DNA of 44,207 nucleotides from Nemertoderma westbladi (GCA_032718475.1 JAUCBJ010005380.1:1-44207), one strand, 5' to 3'. Numbered from the stretch's first letter, positions 1 through 13,090 are shown. Notes: generated from the letters alone by a model not told the origin. Program-made: numbers and translations.

Positions 1-3000
1 GATTTACGCATCCCTCAGAAGGGGATGCGGAAAAAGTGCCAAAAATATACCAAAATCGGTCTGATTTACGCATCCCTCAGAAGGGGATGCGGAAAAAGTG
101 CCAAAAATATACCAAAATCGGTCTGATTTACGCATCCCTCAGAAGGGGATGCGGAAAAAGTGCCAAAAATATACCAAAATCGGTCTGATTTACGCATCCC
201 TCAGAAGGGGATGCGGAAAAAGTGCCAAAAATATACCAAAATCGGTCTGATTTACGCATCCCTCAGAAGGGGATGCGGAAAAAGTGCCAAAAATATACCA
301 AAATCGGTCTGATTTACGCATCCCTCAGAAGGGGATGCGGAAAAAGTGCCAAAAATATACCAAAATCGGTCTGATTTACGCATCCCTCAGAAGGGGATGC
401 GGAAAAAGTGCCAAAAATATACCAAAATCGGTCTGATTTACGCATCCCTCAGAAGGGGATGCGGAAAAAGTGCCAAAAATATACCAAAATCGGTCTGATT
501 TACGCATCCCTCAGAAGGGGATGCGGAAAAAGTGCCAAAAATATACCAAAATCGGTCTGATTTACGCATCCCTCAGAAGGGGATGCGGAAAAAGTGCCAA
601 AAATATACCAAAATCGGTCTGATTTACGCATCCCTCAGAAGGGGATGCGGAAAAAGTGCCAAAAATATACCAAAATCGGTCTGATTTACGCATCCCTCAG
701 AAGGGGATGCGGAAAAAGTGCCAAAAATATACCAAAATCGGTCTGATTTACGCATCCCTCAGAAGGGGATGCGGAAAAAGTGCCAAAAATATACCAAAAT
801 CGGTCTGATTTACGCATCCCTCAGAAGGGGATGCGGAAAAAGTGCCAAAAATATACCAAAATCGGTCTGATTTACGCATCCCTCAGAAGGGGATGCGGAA
901 AAAGTGCCAAAAATATACCAAAATCGGTCTGATTTACGCATCCCTCAGAAGGGGATGCGGAAAAAGTGCCAAAAATATACCAAAATCGGTCTGATTTACG
1001 CATCCCTCAGAAGGGGATGCGGAAAAAGTGCCAAAAATATACCAAAATCGGTCTGATTTACGCATCCCTCAGAAGGGGATGCGGAAAAAGTGCCAAAAAT
1101 ATACCAAAATCGGTCTGATTTACGCATCCCTCAGAAGGGGATGCGGAAAAAGTGCCAAAAATATACCAAAATCGGTCTGATTTACGCATCCCTCAGAAGG
1201 GGATGCGGAAAAAGTGCCAAAAATATACCAAAATCGGTCTGATTTACGCATCCCTCAGAAGGGGATGCGGAAAAAGTGCCAAAAATATACCAAAATCGGT
1301 CTGATTTACGCATCCCTCAGAAGGGGATGCGGAAAAAGTGCCAAAAATATACCAAAATCGGTCTGATTTACGCATCCCTCAGAAGGGGATGCGGAAAAAG
1401 TGCCAAAAATATACCAAAATCGGTCTGATTTACGCATCCCTCAGAAGGGGATGCGGAAAAAGTGCCAAAAATATACCAAAATCGGTCTGATTTACGCATC
1501 CCTCAGAAGGGGATGCGGAAAAAGTGCCAAAAATATACCAAAATCGGTCTGATTTACGCATCCCTCAGAAGGGGATGCGGAAAAAGTGCCAAAAATATAC
1601 CAAAATCGGTCTGATTTACGCATCCCTCAGAAGGGGATGCGGAAAAAGTGCCAAAAATATACCAAAATCGGTCTGATTTACGCATCCCTCAGAAGGGGAT
1701 GCGGAAAAAGTGCCAAAAATATACCAAAATCGGTCTGATTTACGCATCCCTCAGAAGGGGATGCGGAAAAAGTGCCAAAAATATACCAAAATCGGTCTGA
1801 TTTACGCATCCCTCAGAAGGGGATGCGGAAAAAGTGCCAAAAATATACCAAAATCGGTCTGATTTACGCATCCCTCAGAAGGGGATGCGGAAAAAGTGCC
1901 AAAAATATACCAAAATCGGTCTGATTTACGCATCCCTCAGAAGGGGATGCGGAAAAAGTGCCAAAAATATACCAAAATCGGTCTGATTTACGCATCCCTC
2001 AGAAGGGGATGCGGAAAAAGTGCCAAAAATATACCAAAATCGGTCTGATTTACGCATCCCTCAGAAGGGGATGCGGAAAAAGTGCCAAAAATATACCAAA
2101 ATCGGTCTGATTTACGCATCCCTCAGAAGGGGATGCGGAAAAAGTGCCAAAAATATACCAAAATCGGTCTGATTTACGCATCCCTCAGAAGGGGATGCGG
2201 AAAAAGTGCCAAAAATATACCAAAATCGGTCTGATTTACGCATCCCTCAGAAGGGGATGCGGAAAAAGTGCCAAAAATATACCAAAATCGGTCTGATTTA
2301 CGCATCCCTCAGAAGGGGATGCGGAAAAAGTGCCAAAAATATACCAAAATCGGTCTGATTTACGCATCCCTCAGAAGGGGATGCGGAAAAAGTGCCAAAA
2401 ATATACCAAAATCGGTCTGATTTACGCATCCCTCAGAAGGGGATGCGGAAAAAGTGCCAAAAATATACCAAAATCGGTCTGATTTACGCATCCCTCAGAA
2501 GGGGATGCGGAAAAAGTGCCAAAAATATACCAAAATCGGTCTGATTTACGCATCCCTCAGAAGGGGATGCGGAAAAAGTGCCAAAAATATACCAAAATCG
2601 GTCTGATTTACGCATCCCTCAGAAGGGGATGCGGAAAAAGTGCCAAAAATATACCAAAATCGGTCTGATTTACGCATCCCTCAGAAGGGGATGCGGAAAA
2701 AGTGCCAAAAATATACCAAAATCGGTCTGATTTACGCATCCCTCAGAAGGGGATGCGGAAAAAGTGCCAAAAATATACCAAAATCGGTCTGATTTACGCA
2801 TCCCTCAGAAGGGGATGCGGAAAAAGTGCCAAAAATATACCAAAATCGGTCTGATTTACGCATCCCTCAGAAGGGGATGCGGAAAAAGTGCCAAAAATAT
2901 ACCAAAATCGGTCTGATTTACGCATCCCTCAGAAGGGGATGCGGAAAAAGTGCCAAAAATATACCAAAATCGGTCTGATTTACGCATCCCTCAGAAGGGG

Positions 3001-4224
3001 ATGCGGAAAAAGTGCCAAAAATATACCAAAATCGGTCTGATTTACGCATCCCTCAGAAGGGGATGCGGAAAAAGTGCCAAAAATATACCAAAATCGGTCT
3101 GATTTACGCATCCCTCAGAAGGGGATGCGGAAAAAGTGCCAAAAATATACCAAAATCGGTCTGATTTACGCATCCCTCAGAAGGGGATGCGGAAAAAGTG
3201 CCAAAAATATACCAAAATCGGTCTGATTTACGCATCCCTCAGAAGGGGATGCGGAAAAAGTGCCAAAAATATACCAAAATCGGTCTGATTTACGCATCCC
3301 TCAGAAGGGGATGCGGAAAAAGTGCCAAAAATATACCAAAATCGGTCTGATTTACGCATCCCTCAGAAGGGGATGCGGAAAAAGTGCCAAAAATATACCA
3401 AAATCGGTCTGATTTACGCATCCCTCAGAAGGGGATGCGGAAAAAGTGCCAAAAATATACCAAAATCGGTCTGATTTACGCATCCCTCAGAAGGGGATGC
3501 GGAAAAAGTGCCAAAAATATACCAAAATCGGTCTGATTTACGCATCCCTCAGAAGGGGATGCGGAAAAAGTGCCAAAAATATACCAAAATCGGTCTGATT
3601 TACGCATCCCTCAGAAGGGGATGCGGAAAAAGTGCCAAAAATATACCAAAATCGGTCTGATTTACGCATCCCTCAGAAGGGGATGCGGAAAAAGTGCCAA
3701 AAATATACCAAAATCGGTCTGATTTACGCATCCCTCAGAAGGGGATGCGGAAAAAGTGCCAAAAATATACCAAAATCGGTCTGATTTACGCATCCCTCAG
3801 AAGGGGATGCGGAAAAAGTGCCAAAAATATACCAAAATCGGTCTGATTTACGCATCCCTCAGAAGGGGATGCGGAAAAAGTGCCAAAAATATACCAAAAT
3901 CGGTCTGATTTACGCATCCCTCAGAAGGGGATGCGGAAAAAGTGCCAAAAATATACCAAAATCGGTCTGATTTACGCATCCCTCAGAAGGGGATGCGGAA
4001 AAAGTGCCAAAAATATACCAAAATCGGTCTGATTTACGCATCCCTCAGAAGGGGATGCGGAAAAAGTGCCAAAAATATACCAAAATCGGTCTGATTTACG
4101 CATCCCTCAGAAGGGGATGCGGAAAAAGTGCCAAAAATATACCAAAATCGGTCTGATTTACGCATCCCTCAGAAGGGGATGCGGAAAAAGTGCCAAAAAT
4201 ATACCAAAATCGGTCTGATTTACG
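1..4224. repeat. 62-bp tandem satellite, 68 full copies plus 8 bp, no variant copies seen
   Basis: Unit GATTTACGCATCCCTCAGAAGGGGATGCGGAAAAAGTGCCAAAAATATACCAAAATCGGTCT recurs at 1, 63, ... 4217 and runs off the left edge of the window. Confidence 0.99.
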
Positions 4225-5592
4225 GAACCCAGCCGCAGTAGAAACATTGTGTCGACTGGAGAGGGGTGTAGAAGTGAAGTAAGAGGTAGCGGCGTGATAT
4301 GTGGCGAGTGGGGGGGGGGGGGGGGGGGGGGGGGGGGGGCTATAGGAGCCCCACAGCAAGAAGTTAGTGGCGAGAGGGGGGGGGGGCAGAGAGTGTCCCA
4401 CAGGCGTCGGCGGATAATGCGCGGGCCGAATTAGGTAAACCGCAACACCCGGCGACGGAGAGTGATAGGGGGATTGCGAGTATCCCCAGCGGTGTGCGAT
4501 CGAGCAGAGAGAGGCAGGTTGACGTCGCGAGAGGGCGGACGGAGCGTCGAGCCCAATCAGAAGAGGGAAGAAGAACAGTGGAGTTTAACCGGGAGGTCGA
4601 CGAGAGATCTCACGAGCGGGAATACTGCACTGAAAGGAGAAGAAGAGAAGACAGTAGGAGAAGTATCGCCGCGAATGATAGGAGAGCGAGGACGGATAGC
4701 GAGCCGTCGGTAGTCGAGATGGAAAGAGAGTGTCGGTGGGGTCGAACTTCGGGAGATTGCCGTCGTCCCGGAGAGACGCGACCTGACGAGGCGCATTACG
4801 CGTCGAGAGAGGGGTACACGATGTACCGGTACGAAGACGAAAGCAGTAGAGGGGGTCGAAGAGAAACTTTCCGACGGGATACACCTACCGATCGAGAATA
4901 CGGTAGCCGCGGGGAGGATTATTCGAGAAGAATAAACTTCGATCCCGAGCGACACACACAGACTGTAGGACATACTGTAGGCCTTACTGCACATACCATA
5001 GGCCATGCTGACAGGAATAATGTAGGCGATAGGATAGCGCGGTCGACGGGATTAAACCCGGAAGTCGCGGAGTACATACCGGCAGGTAGGCCAGAAGCTG
5101 ATAGGCCTATACCGGTACCAGTACAGCAGTATGACTATAGCATGCAAGGACATAACATATACCCAGGGGAGGGGGGAATTATTGCGGATAGGTGCATGGG
5201 CCCCAATATATTAACATCAACCCCAGTACCAAACATACCGGTGGGGGGGGGGGGGGGGGCAGGATGACATTCCCCCATCACAATATCAACAATATACCCC
5301 GATAGGAGCAAGAACAACGAGACCCTTGGATGAAAATAGATCATGCGACACGGAAATATGGAGGGGGCCGCTACCCCCAATGATATACCCAGGCCAAAGG
5401 AAGGCAAAAAATAGGACGGACGGACCACAACCAACAGGAGAAACTATACAACATCCATCGAACCCATTGGAAGCGCAGGCGATGGGGATGGCACGTTGAT
5501 CGATGCGTTAAAAATGAGGATCGAGTTACCACCCGTGGAACCATTCAAATTCGATGGGAGTAGGCCGGAAGAATATCTCCAGTTTCGGCGTA

Positions 5593-5962
5593 CTACTACT
5601 ACTAGGATCGGCATGCTGCATTGCAGCTGCATTTTTAAGAATGCTGTGCCGGCTTATCAACAAAATTGCACCGCCACAACTCCCTATCACCCATGACATT
5701 TGCTAGATCATCCGCATCTTTAAGGCCAGTGTCCTTTAAGATGCGTCTCAAGAAAGTCATGGGCTGTCCACCATGCTTATTCACTCCATGAGGCTGCCAA
5801 AGTACAAGATTATGCACTGGCTGGTCCTCACGGCGAAAGCAATGTCCTGCAAAGCGGAGGCGATTTTGTTCTAGTGTCAAGCTTGGGGGAACCAATGAGA
5901 CACCTCCAATGTTATATAGTGTCTGGTTGGAGATGTGTGCATTGTACTTGACACAATGAACC
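5593..5962 (-). mobile_element. 5'-truncated RTE-like LINE 3' fragment inserted in BEL-1 gag
   Basis: Minus-strand ORF RLRFAGHCFRREDQPVHNLVLWQP...DRELWR resembles an RTE C-terminus. Microsatellite tail (TAC)n at 5591-5604. 7-bp TSD CGGCGTA at 5586-5592 and 5963-5969. Confidence 0.8.
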
Positions 5963-6611
5963 CGGCGTAGCATTCTTGTATAGTAACGAAATACTAACAA
6001 AGAACTTGACGCAGGCGGAGTGCCTAAAATATCTGCAAGTATACACAGGAGGCCCAGCATACGACATCGTGAGGCAATACCAGGGCATAGAGGGCGGCTT
6101 CACGACGGCATGGCGGGCACTGGACAGGGAATACGGACACCCGGCCAAGATCATCAGGCAAACCCTGAGGGGCATAACATCGGGTGGCCTACAGGATAAT
6201 CCCGTTAGCATAAAGACATTCGCAACAAAGTTGAGAAGGCGCTAATCATGCTAAAGACGCTAGACGCGCCATACGAACTCAACGCGTCCAACAACATCAC
6301 CACGATAGCGCAGGCACTACCGATGTGGCTGCGCAACAAGTGGAGGAAGATCGCTTTCTCCACTCGAGATAGGAAGGGTGCGGAACCGGGTTTAGAAGAA
6401 ATGTCGAGCTTCTTAAACTACGAAGCCGAATTAATAACCGACCCAGTCTATGGTGAGGACAGCCTGGGAAAGGGACCAAGAACCGACTACCATAGACCGA
6501 AACCAGAACACAAAACGTCAAATGCATTACCAAAGCTCAGGCAATCATTGCCATATGCAGCGACGCAGGGGACTGCAAGTCCACAGGTAGCCGGGGGTAA
6601 GACCACATCAT

Positions 6612-7847
6612 TATTGGTAGTTATTAGAGGTATTGCGCATAGCAACTGGTGCGCCTTCTAGAACCCAACATTCGAAACTATACAATGAGTGTGGAATTCA
6701 AAATCTCTCCGACAGACGGACTGCTAATTGCCTTCTTTATTTCTATAAAATTATTCATGGAATGGCCCCTGAGTACTTGAGACGTCGTATTCCTCCTACC
6801 GTTGGCCAGACTTCAAACTATCATTACTCTCTTCGGAATAATAATGACATCGCACTCCCCATTATACGGAAGGAACTCTATGCTAGATCATTTTTTCCGC
6901 ACACTAGTAATTCTTGGAATAATCTACCTAGTAGCATCAGGCAACTATCCTTGCCGTTATTCAACGCGAAATGTTTCCTCTTCTCAAAGTTAACAAATAT
7001 CACTACTTAGGTGATCGTTTTACAGAGGTAATTCTCTGTCAACTACGCCTAAATTGTAGTACTCTTGCATCTGATATGGTAAAGCGATACCTAATGGATT
7101 CAACTGAATGCACCTCTTGTGGCCACTCTTGTGAGGATTCCGAGCACTATCTTATCTTTTGTCCAGCATATCAATTTCCTCGCTCCAAACTATTATTATT
7201 TTTGTCCTCAAATTCAATTCCTCTTGCTGTGTCTTCTCTTTTGCATGGTCATAATGTTCTTCCCTCTCTCCAATCGATCCTCGCATCTGAACTAGGGATA
7301 TTCATTCGTGCCTCTAAACGTTTTAAGACATTCTAATATATGCCGATGATATTTTGCCAATGGTGATCTGGCGTCTTCTAAATACCTAGTTGTGTATTTT
7401 TTCAGGGGGTCCCCCTACCATGTCCAAGGATGAAGTGTAAGGCGAAAATATAGAATGTAAAGCACTTTTTTCTCAAAACCGTAAACAAAATATCTATTCA
7501 TATATTGGTGATTATAAATTGTTGTACTTGTACAAAGAGGATTAGTTTTGTGGAGTATTATATTTGACTTATACATATGCAGTTTTATGATATGCTATAT
7601 ACCATTAACACTATCTAAAACATTCTTTGTACAACTTCCAGTGCCACTATTGCATTTTTAGTATTGTACTATTATAGTTGACTGTAGGCCCTATATTTGT
7701 TTCTAGATTACACAGCAACTGGATATAGGGGCATAACCTTTTGTTTGTTTTTTTGTTTGTGGTTGTATTATCTTAATATTTTGTTTAAACCCTGCTAAGT
7801 TGCCTTATTATACGTAATACCATGTTTAAAAAAAAAAAAAAAAAAAA
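6612..7847 (+). mobile_element. 5'-truncated CR1/L2-group LINE 3' fragment with 3'UTR and poly(A)
   Basis: ORF2 C-terminus LSDRR..CLLYFYKIIHGMAPEYL...SFFP..WNNLP and CTSCG..EDSEHYLIFCP. A20 tail at 7828-7847. 13-bp TSD AAGACCACATCAT at 6599-6611 and 7846-7858. Removing the insert rejoins gag as GGKTTS|WSGQG. Confidence 0.9.
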
Positions 7848-8180
7848 GACCACATCATGGAGCGGACAGGGGAAAGATAACAACACAAATAAATATAACC
7901 CTAGTACGCCCAGTAGGCCAAACCCAAACAACAAGAATAATAGGGACTTTGGTGCAAATGCAACTGCGATACGCAATGCACTGTACAAGGACGGCTACAA
8001 CCCAAAGAGCAAATGCCAGCTACATACAAATGCGCTTCATCAAACCATGAACTGCAGTGCAGGTACTGGCAAGCGCTACCCAGGGAAGATCAGGTAGAAT
8101 ACGCGGCGAGGAACGATATCTGCTCGCAATGTGTGATGAGTGGGCATAGAGCTAGGCAATGCAAGGAGACGCCAATTAAG

Positions 8181-11100
8181 TTCGGTCAAAGCAAAGGCCA
8201 AACGATGGCAACGAGCACGGTAGGGGCGAAGAAGAGAGGAACGGTGCTACTTGGGGTAGTACCAGTGCGAGTGATTGGAGAAGGCAATCGATCAGTGACC
8301 ACACTGATGCTGGTCGATAGTGGAGCTGCCTTCACATTAATCGAAAATTGGGTGGCCGAAGAGATAGGATTGAGAACGAGGCCAAGTAGAATGGCGGTGA
8401 CAACGATTTCTAGCAAAGATGAGGTCCTGGAGATGAGGACCGGACGGTGCGCAATTGCAGCAGTGGCACCGGGATGCGACTACGGGGCGACCATCGACCC
8501 CATCCAAGTGATAGAGTCAATAAATATCAATGCCAGGCGACCAACCAACATCGAGGTCAAACAATATAAATTCCTGGACGATATCGACTTCTCAATCCCA
8601 GAGGTGGACGTCAGGAAGGTATCCATCATAGTAGGAATGGACTGCCCGACAGCCCACGAAAGAATGCAAACGGTCTTCGGCGAAGACAAGCAGTGTGATC
8701 CGGTGGCAATATTGACGCCGTTCGGGTGGACGCTGAGTGGCCCAATTAAGAGTAGGATACCATTTAGGATGTCGGAGACATCGGGATGCATGTTCGCGGG
8801 AACTATGCAAGAAATAGGGGATGAGAGAGCGGATAGCGAACAGCTCAAAAGACTGCTCAGGCAAGACTTTGAAGGACTAAAGGAGACCGGGGTAGGAACC
8901 TCGGTGGAAGACAAACAGGCTCAGCAGAGCGTAGAAGAGTCTATGAGATGCGATGAGGGGCGGTATACCATAGGAATGGTATGGAAGCTACAAAAGCTAC
9001 CATTGCCCGATAATAAAGCGATGGTACTCACGAGACTTCGTAAGTTGAAACAGACGTTAAAACGGAGCCCCGAAAAGAATGAGTACATTCACAAAACGAT
9101 CAGAAAGTACGTCGAGAAGGGATGGGCCGTGGAGTTACCGGTCGACGAACCAAACACGGACAGGACATATTACCTGCCACTCCACGTGGCTTTAGATCCG
9201 AAGAAAGGTAAACTGCGGATGGTAGTGGATGCATCGGCAAAGACCGCCGGGAAATGCCTAAACGACTATCTGCTAGAAGGTCCCAACATATACAACTCAG
9301 GGATAGAGGTCCTACTCAGATTCAGGAATGGAAGACACGCCTTTACCTGTGACATTTAAGGCATGTTCAACCAAGTCCGTGTGACGGAAGAGGATAGCGA
9401 CAGTCTACGCTTCCTATGGTACAACGGTGACGTGGAACCGTCGACAATACCGATGTACAAGATGATAGTACAGAATATGGGAGCCAAGTCATCTTCATTT
9501 ACGACGACTATGGCCGTAAGAGACACAGTAAAGGGAAAGGAAGATAAGTACAGCACTAGAGCCGTTGATATGATTCGACGCGGCTTCTACGTAGACGACG
9601 GGATGGAGTCTGGAAATACGGTTAAGGAGCTACTGGACACAGGGCGCGAGGTTCGCGACATCCTTAAGGGATCCGGCTTCAACCTAACCAAATTCCAATC
9701 CAGTTCGAAGGAATTTATCGAGGCGATAAAAGACGAGAGACCAGGATCGACCATGGATAATCCCACAACAGCCAAGGGGCAAGACATGGCGAACAAGAGA
9801 ATAGAGTCTCAACAGAAGGCACTGGGAATCGTGTGGGACAGAGAGACGGATGAACTGAAGTACCAGTTGAGTCAGGAGGGTGCAGATATCCACACAAAGA
9901 GGGGCTATGTGTCGTACATAGCAAGGATATACGATCCCCTAGGCCTAGCATCCCCACTACTAGTCACGGGGAAACAGATACTCAAGAAAGTATACAAGTT
10001 AAAGGACGAGTGGGACGCAGAGGTCCCAGAAGAAATCAGAAAGCAGTGGCATAAGTGGACAGAGAGCCTGGAGCAGATGGGAACATACAGCATGCCAAGA
10101 GTGTATTTCCCGGATGGGGACATGACGAATCTGGACTTACACATGTTCTCCGATGCGTCGTTAGAGGCATACGGAGCGGCACTCTATTTAGTACAATGAG
10201 AAGGGGCTCACAAGCCCAGACTGGCCTTCAGCAAAGCGAAGTCAACGCCGCCAGATTCAGCATCAGTTCCCAAACTAGAATTGACAGCTGCGAGACTAGG
10301 AGTTAGGGCGACAGCCTACCTAGTGGATACTATTCCCAACATAGTGGAGACACTCTACTGGACGGATTCCATGGTAGTGCTTGGTTGGCTACATAACGAA
10401 AGGACGAGATACCCTATATTCGTCGCGAACAGAGTGGACGAAATAAGGGCGACCACAGAACTGGATAGGTGGCACTACTGCCCAACGGACGAGAACCCAG
10501 CGGACTTGTTATCGAGGGGTGTGGTACGCCACACTTTCTTGAAGAAGGAAGTATTGTGGCAACACGGGCCACAGTTTCTGAGCGATAGGGAGGCCTGGCC
10601 ACCGATGAGAAAGGTGGACCCGGGCTCAGGAGAAGTAGTGTTAGAAGGAGAAGAGGGAGATTCAGAGGGAGAAGAGATATATTCCCAGATGGTGAGGGAG
10701 ATTAGGGACGTGCAACCAAAACCAGGAGAACTGTGTGATAACCCGACGGATAAACTCCGTAGCTACAGTTCTAGTTGGTATAAGACCAAGAAATTAGTGG
10801 CGTACTGGAGAGCCTTCGGGAATTTCCTCAGGGGAGTTGGCAAAGACGCGGAGATTAGAACGACAATCGATCTGGAAGGAGCGGCCAAAGCAGTCATCCG
10901 CTACGAGCAAAAGAAGAACTACGGCGACGAGGTGGAGCGCGTCGGTAAACAACAGCATCTTCGGCGGGACAGCGAGTTGATCACGCTGTCACCATAACTT
11001 AATGACGACGGGATCCTAGTAATGAACTCTAGGGTGGGATACAACAACAGTATCGTTGTACCACCGAAGCCCATCATCATCCCCACAGGATCGCCGATAG

Positions 11101-12206
11101 TCCACCAGATTATTTGGGACTCCCACAAGTCGATATTGCACGGGGGCACCAATCGAACCCTCACGGAAATAAGGAGGACCTTTTGGGTCAAACAGTTAAG
11201 GAAGAAGGTAAAGGCGGTAGTGGGGCAGTGCCAGACCTGTCGACGAGCGAAGAAGGAGCGAGCCATACAGGAGATGGCACCACTACCAGCAAGTAGGGTA
11301 AGACAGCACGACCCGCCATTTACGCATTGTGGTGTGGACATGTTCGGGCCGATAAAGATCAAGGTGATGTGGCACACAGAGAAACACTACGGTATTATCT
11401 TTGTATGTAACAACACGCGGGCGGTAGGGATAGAACTCGCCCAAGATGCAACCGCATCGGCATTCATTAATGCCTTAGAGAGGTTTAGAGACCGCAAAGG
11501 TGGGACGATCGCAGTAATATACTCCGACAACGGAACCAACTTTGTGGGAGCAGAGAACGAGATGGCAGAGGCCTTGGACATCTTGGAAGGGGAGGAAGTC
11601 AGGGCAGCCATGAGACGACGACAAGTAAAGTGGGAGAAAAGGACGCCGTATGCACCACATACACTAGGATGCGTCGAGAGACTGGTGGGCAGTTCAAAGC
11701 GTCTCATGACGAAGTTAATGAACACCCATATGGTCACGGAGGACATCTTGAGAACAGTACTTGCGAAGTGTGAGGGTATCATTAATAGCAGACCGCTATA
11801 TCCGGAGAATGACGACCCTGAGTCACTAGATGTGCTGACGCCCAGCCATTTTCTAATGACTGTAGATCCAGATGACATACACTCCCGCCAGAGTTGGAAA
11901 GTCGCTAAAGCGATAAGCGCAGAGTATTGGAGGAGGTGGGTTGAGGAATACCTACCCACGCTTCACAAAAGAAGCAAGTGGAGGAAGTCGAATAGGGAGT
12001 TAAGAGAGGGAGATCTCGTAATCGTTACGGATGATACTATCATCAACAACCAGTGGCGGTTGGCGAGAGTTGTAGGCACTTACTCCGATGGGGACGGAAG
12101 AGTCCGATCGGTAGAAGTGCGGATAGGTGGCAAGATAGGTGCGAAAGACAGGAAAACCTACAGAAGGGCTGTAGGGAAATGCTGTCTTCTAGAGGGAGCA
12201 CCTTAG
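8181..12206 (+). pseudogene. pol: BEL-1 pol (PR-RT-RNase H-IN) with in-frame stops
   Basis: ORFs 8013-9359, 9363-10199, 10281-10997 and 11022-12206 share one frame and are separated by single stops. BEL signatures include YLPLH, LNDYLLEGP, RIYDPLG, WHYCPTDENPADLLSRG and YWRRWVEEYL. Confidence 0.92.
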
Positions 12207-12247
12207 TATAGAGCTTGAGAGGAGTTTAGTCGTCCAAATTTTGGACT

Positions 12248-12260
12248 GAAGGGGGTGGGA
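12248..12260 (+). promoter_or_regulatory. Polypurine tract of BEL-1
   Basis: GAAGGGGGTGGGA lies just after the pol stop and 1 nt before the TG that starts the LTR. Confidence 0.75.
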
Positions 12261-12261
12261 T

Positions 12262-12919
12262 TGAGGGCGAGACGCCCTTCCCACACAAAAAATAAAATAA
12301 AAAATAATAAAAGATAAAAGTACATAACTAGGTACGCAGTAAGTAGGCAGATAGAAGTTAGATAGTAAGAGTAAGAGGGTACGTAGTACCGTTAGTTAGT
12401 TAAGAGTGTTATATAGTAAGAGTAAGAGGGTACGTAGTACCGTTAGTTAGTTAGGAGTGTTAGAAGAGTAAGAGTTAAAGGGTATGTAGTACCGTTAGTT
12501 AGAGAGAGTAAGAGTTAGAGGGTACGTAGTACCGTTAGTTAGAGAGAGTAAGAGTTAGAGGGTACGTAGTACCATTAGTTAGAGAGAGTAAGAATTAGAG
12601 GGTACGTAGTACCGTTAGTTAGAGAGAGTAAGAATTAGAGGGTACGTAGTACCGTTAGTTAGAGAGTTAGTAAGAATTAGAGGGTACGTAGTACCGTTAG
12701 TTAGAGAGTTAGTAAGAGTTAGAGGGTACGTAGTACCGTTAGTTAGTGAGGAGTTAGAAGTTAGTAAGAAAGTACGTAGTACTAGTTAGTAAGAGATAGA
12801 GGTAGAAGGGTATATATAGTATAGATATTAGTCAGTATTTAGTAGCGAGAGGGGGGCATATGAGTACAGCTGGATAAATCGTGTAGGCCGCGCGACGCAT
12901 ACTGTTGTACTGTTGTACA
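12262..12919 (+). repeat. Putative 3' LTR of BEL-1
   Basis: Starts TG after the PPT. TATATATA at ~12811. Ends ...TGTTGTACA, where LINE-coding sequence begins. The right boundary is inferred because there is no second LTR to compare. Confidence 0.6.
12366..12790. repeat. ~38-43-bp tandem repeat inside the BEL-1 LTR
   Basis: About 10 copies of (GAG)TAAGAGTTAGAGGGTACGTAGTACCGTTAGTTAGA with small indels. Confidence 0.9.
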
Positions 12920-13090
12920 AAAAAATAAGTAAGAATAAAGATAACCCTAAAAGTCTATGGTCTACCCTAAAATCTTTAGGTTATAAAAACCTTAAATCGA
13001 AATCGAATATTGTTCTGCAAGATAACGGTGAGCTGATTCATGATCATACTCTAGTTAGTAATTTATTTAATAATTATTTTACTAATGTTC
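12920..13090 (+). mobile_element. CR1/L2-like LINE ORF2 fragment (EN-RT linker)
   Basis: NKDNPKSLWSTLKSLG...LVSNLFNNYFTNV resembles the usual linker before LINE RT. Probably the target into which BEL-1 inserted. Confidence 0.65.

Larger units (their letters stand above)
4249..8180 (+). pseudogene. gag: BEL-1 gag, fragmented by frameshifts, stops and two LINE insertions
   Basis: ORF pieces 4494-5267, 5496-5590, 5976-6245, 6248-6611 and 7848-8180. They include ELPPVEPFKFDG, AWRALDREYGHP, LPMWLRNKW and the zinc knuckle CSQCVMSGHRARQC. Confidence 0.8.
4225..12919 (+). mobile_element. BEL/Pao LTR retrotransposon (BEL-1), 5'-truncated and decayed
   Basis: Domain order gag (DUF1759-like FKFDGSRPEEYLQF), protease (LVDSGA), RT (FYVDD), RNase H (MFSDAS...ELTAA...WTDS), IN (HGG..CQTC, GVDMFGP, SDNGTNF, ERLV), BEL C-terminus. 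Followed by a PPT and a TG-initiated 3' LTR. No 5' LTR present. Confidence 0.93.

Noticed and set aside
57-125. Hammerhead-like look of the 62-mer (CTGATTTA-stem-GAAA)
   Set aside because: The core lacks the G of CUGANGA, no stem III can form after GAAA, and no UH triplet sits before a plausible stem I.
8186-11959. Minus-strand ORFs over BEL-1 pol
   Set aside because: They are antisense shadows of a purine-rich coding strand.
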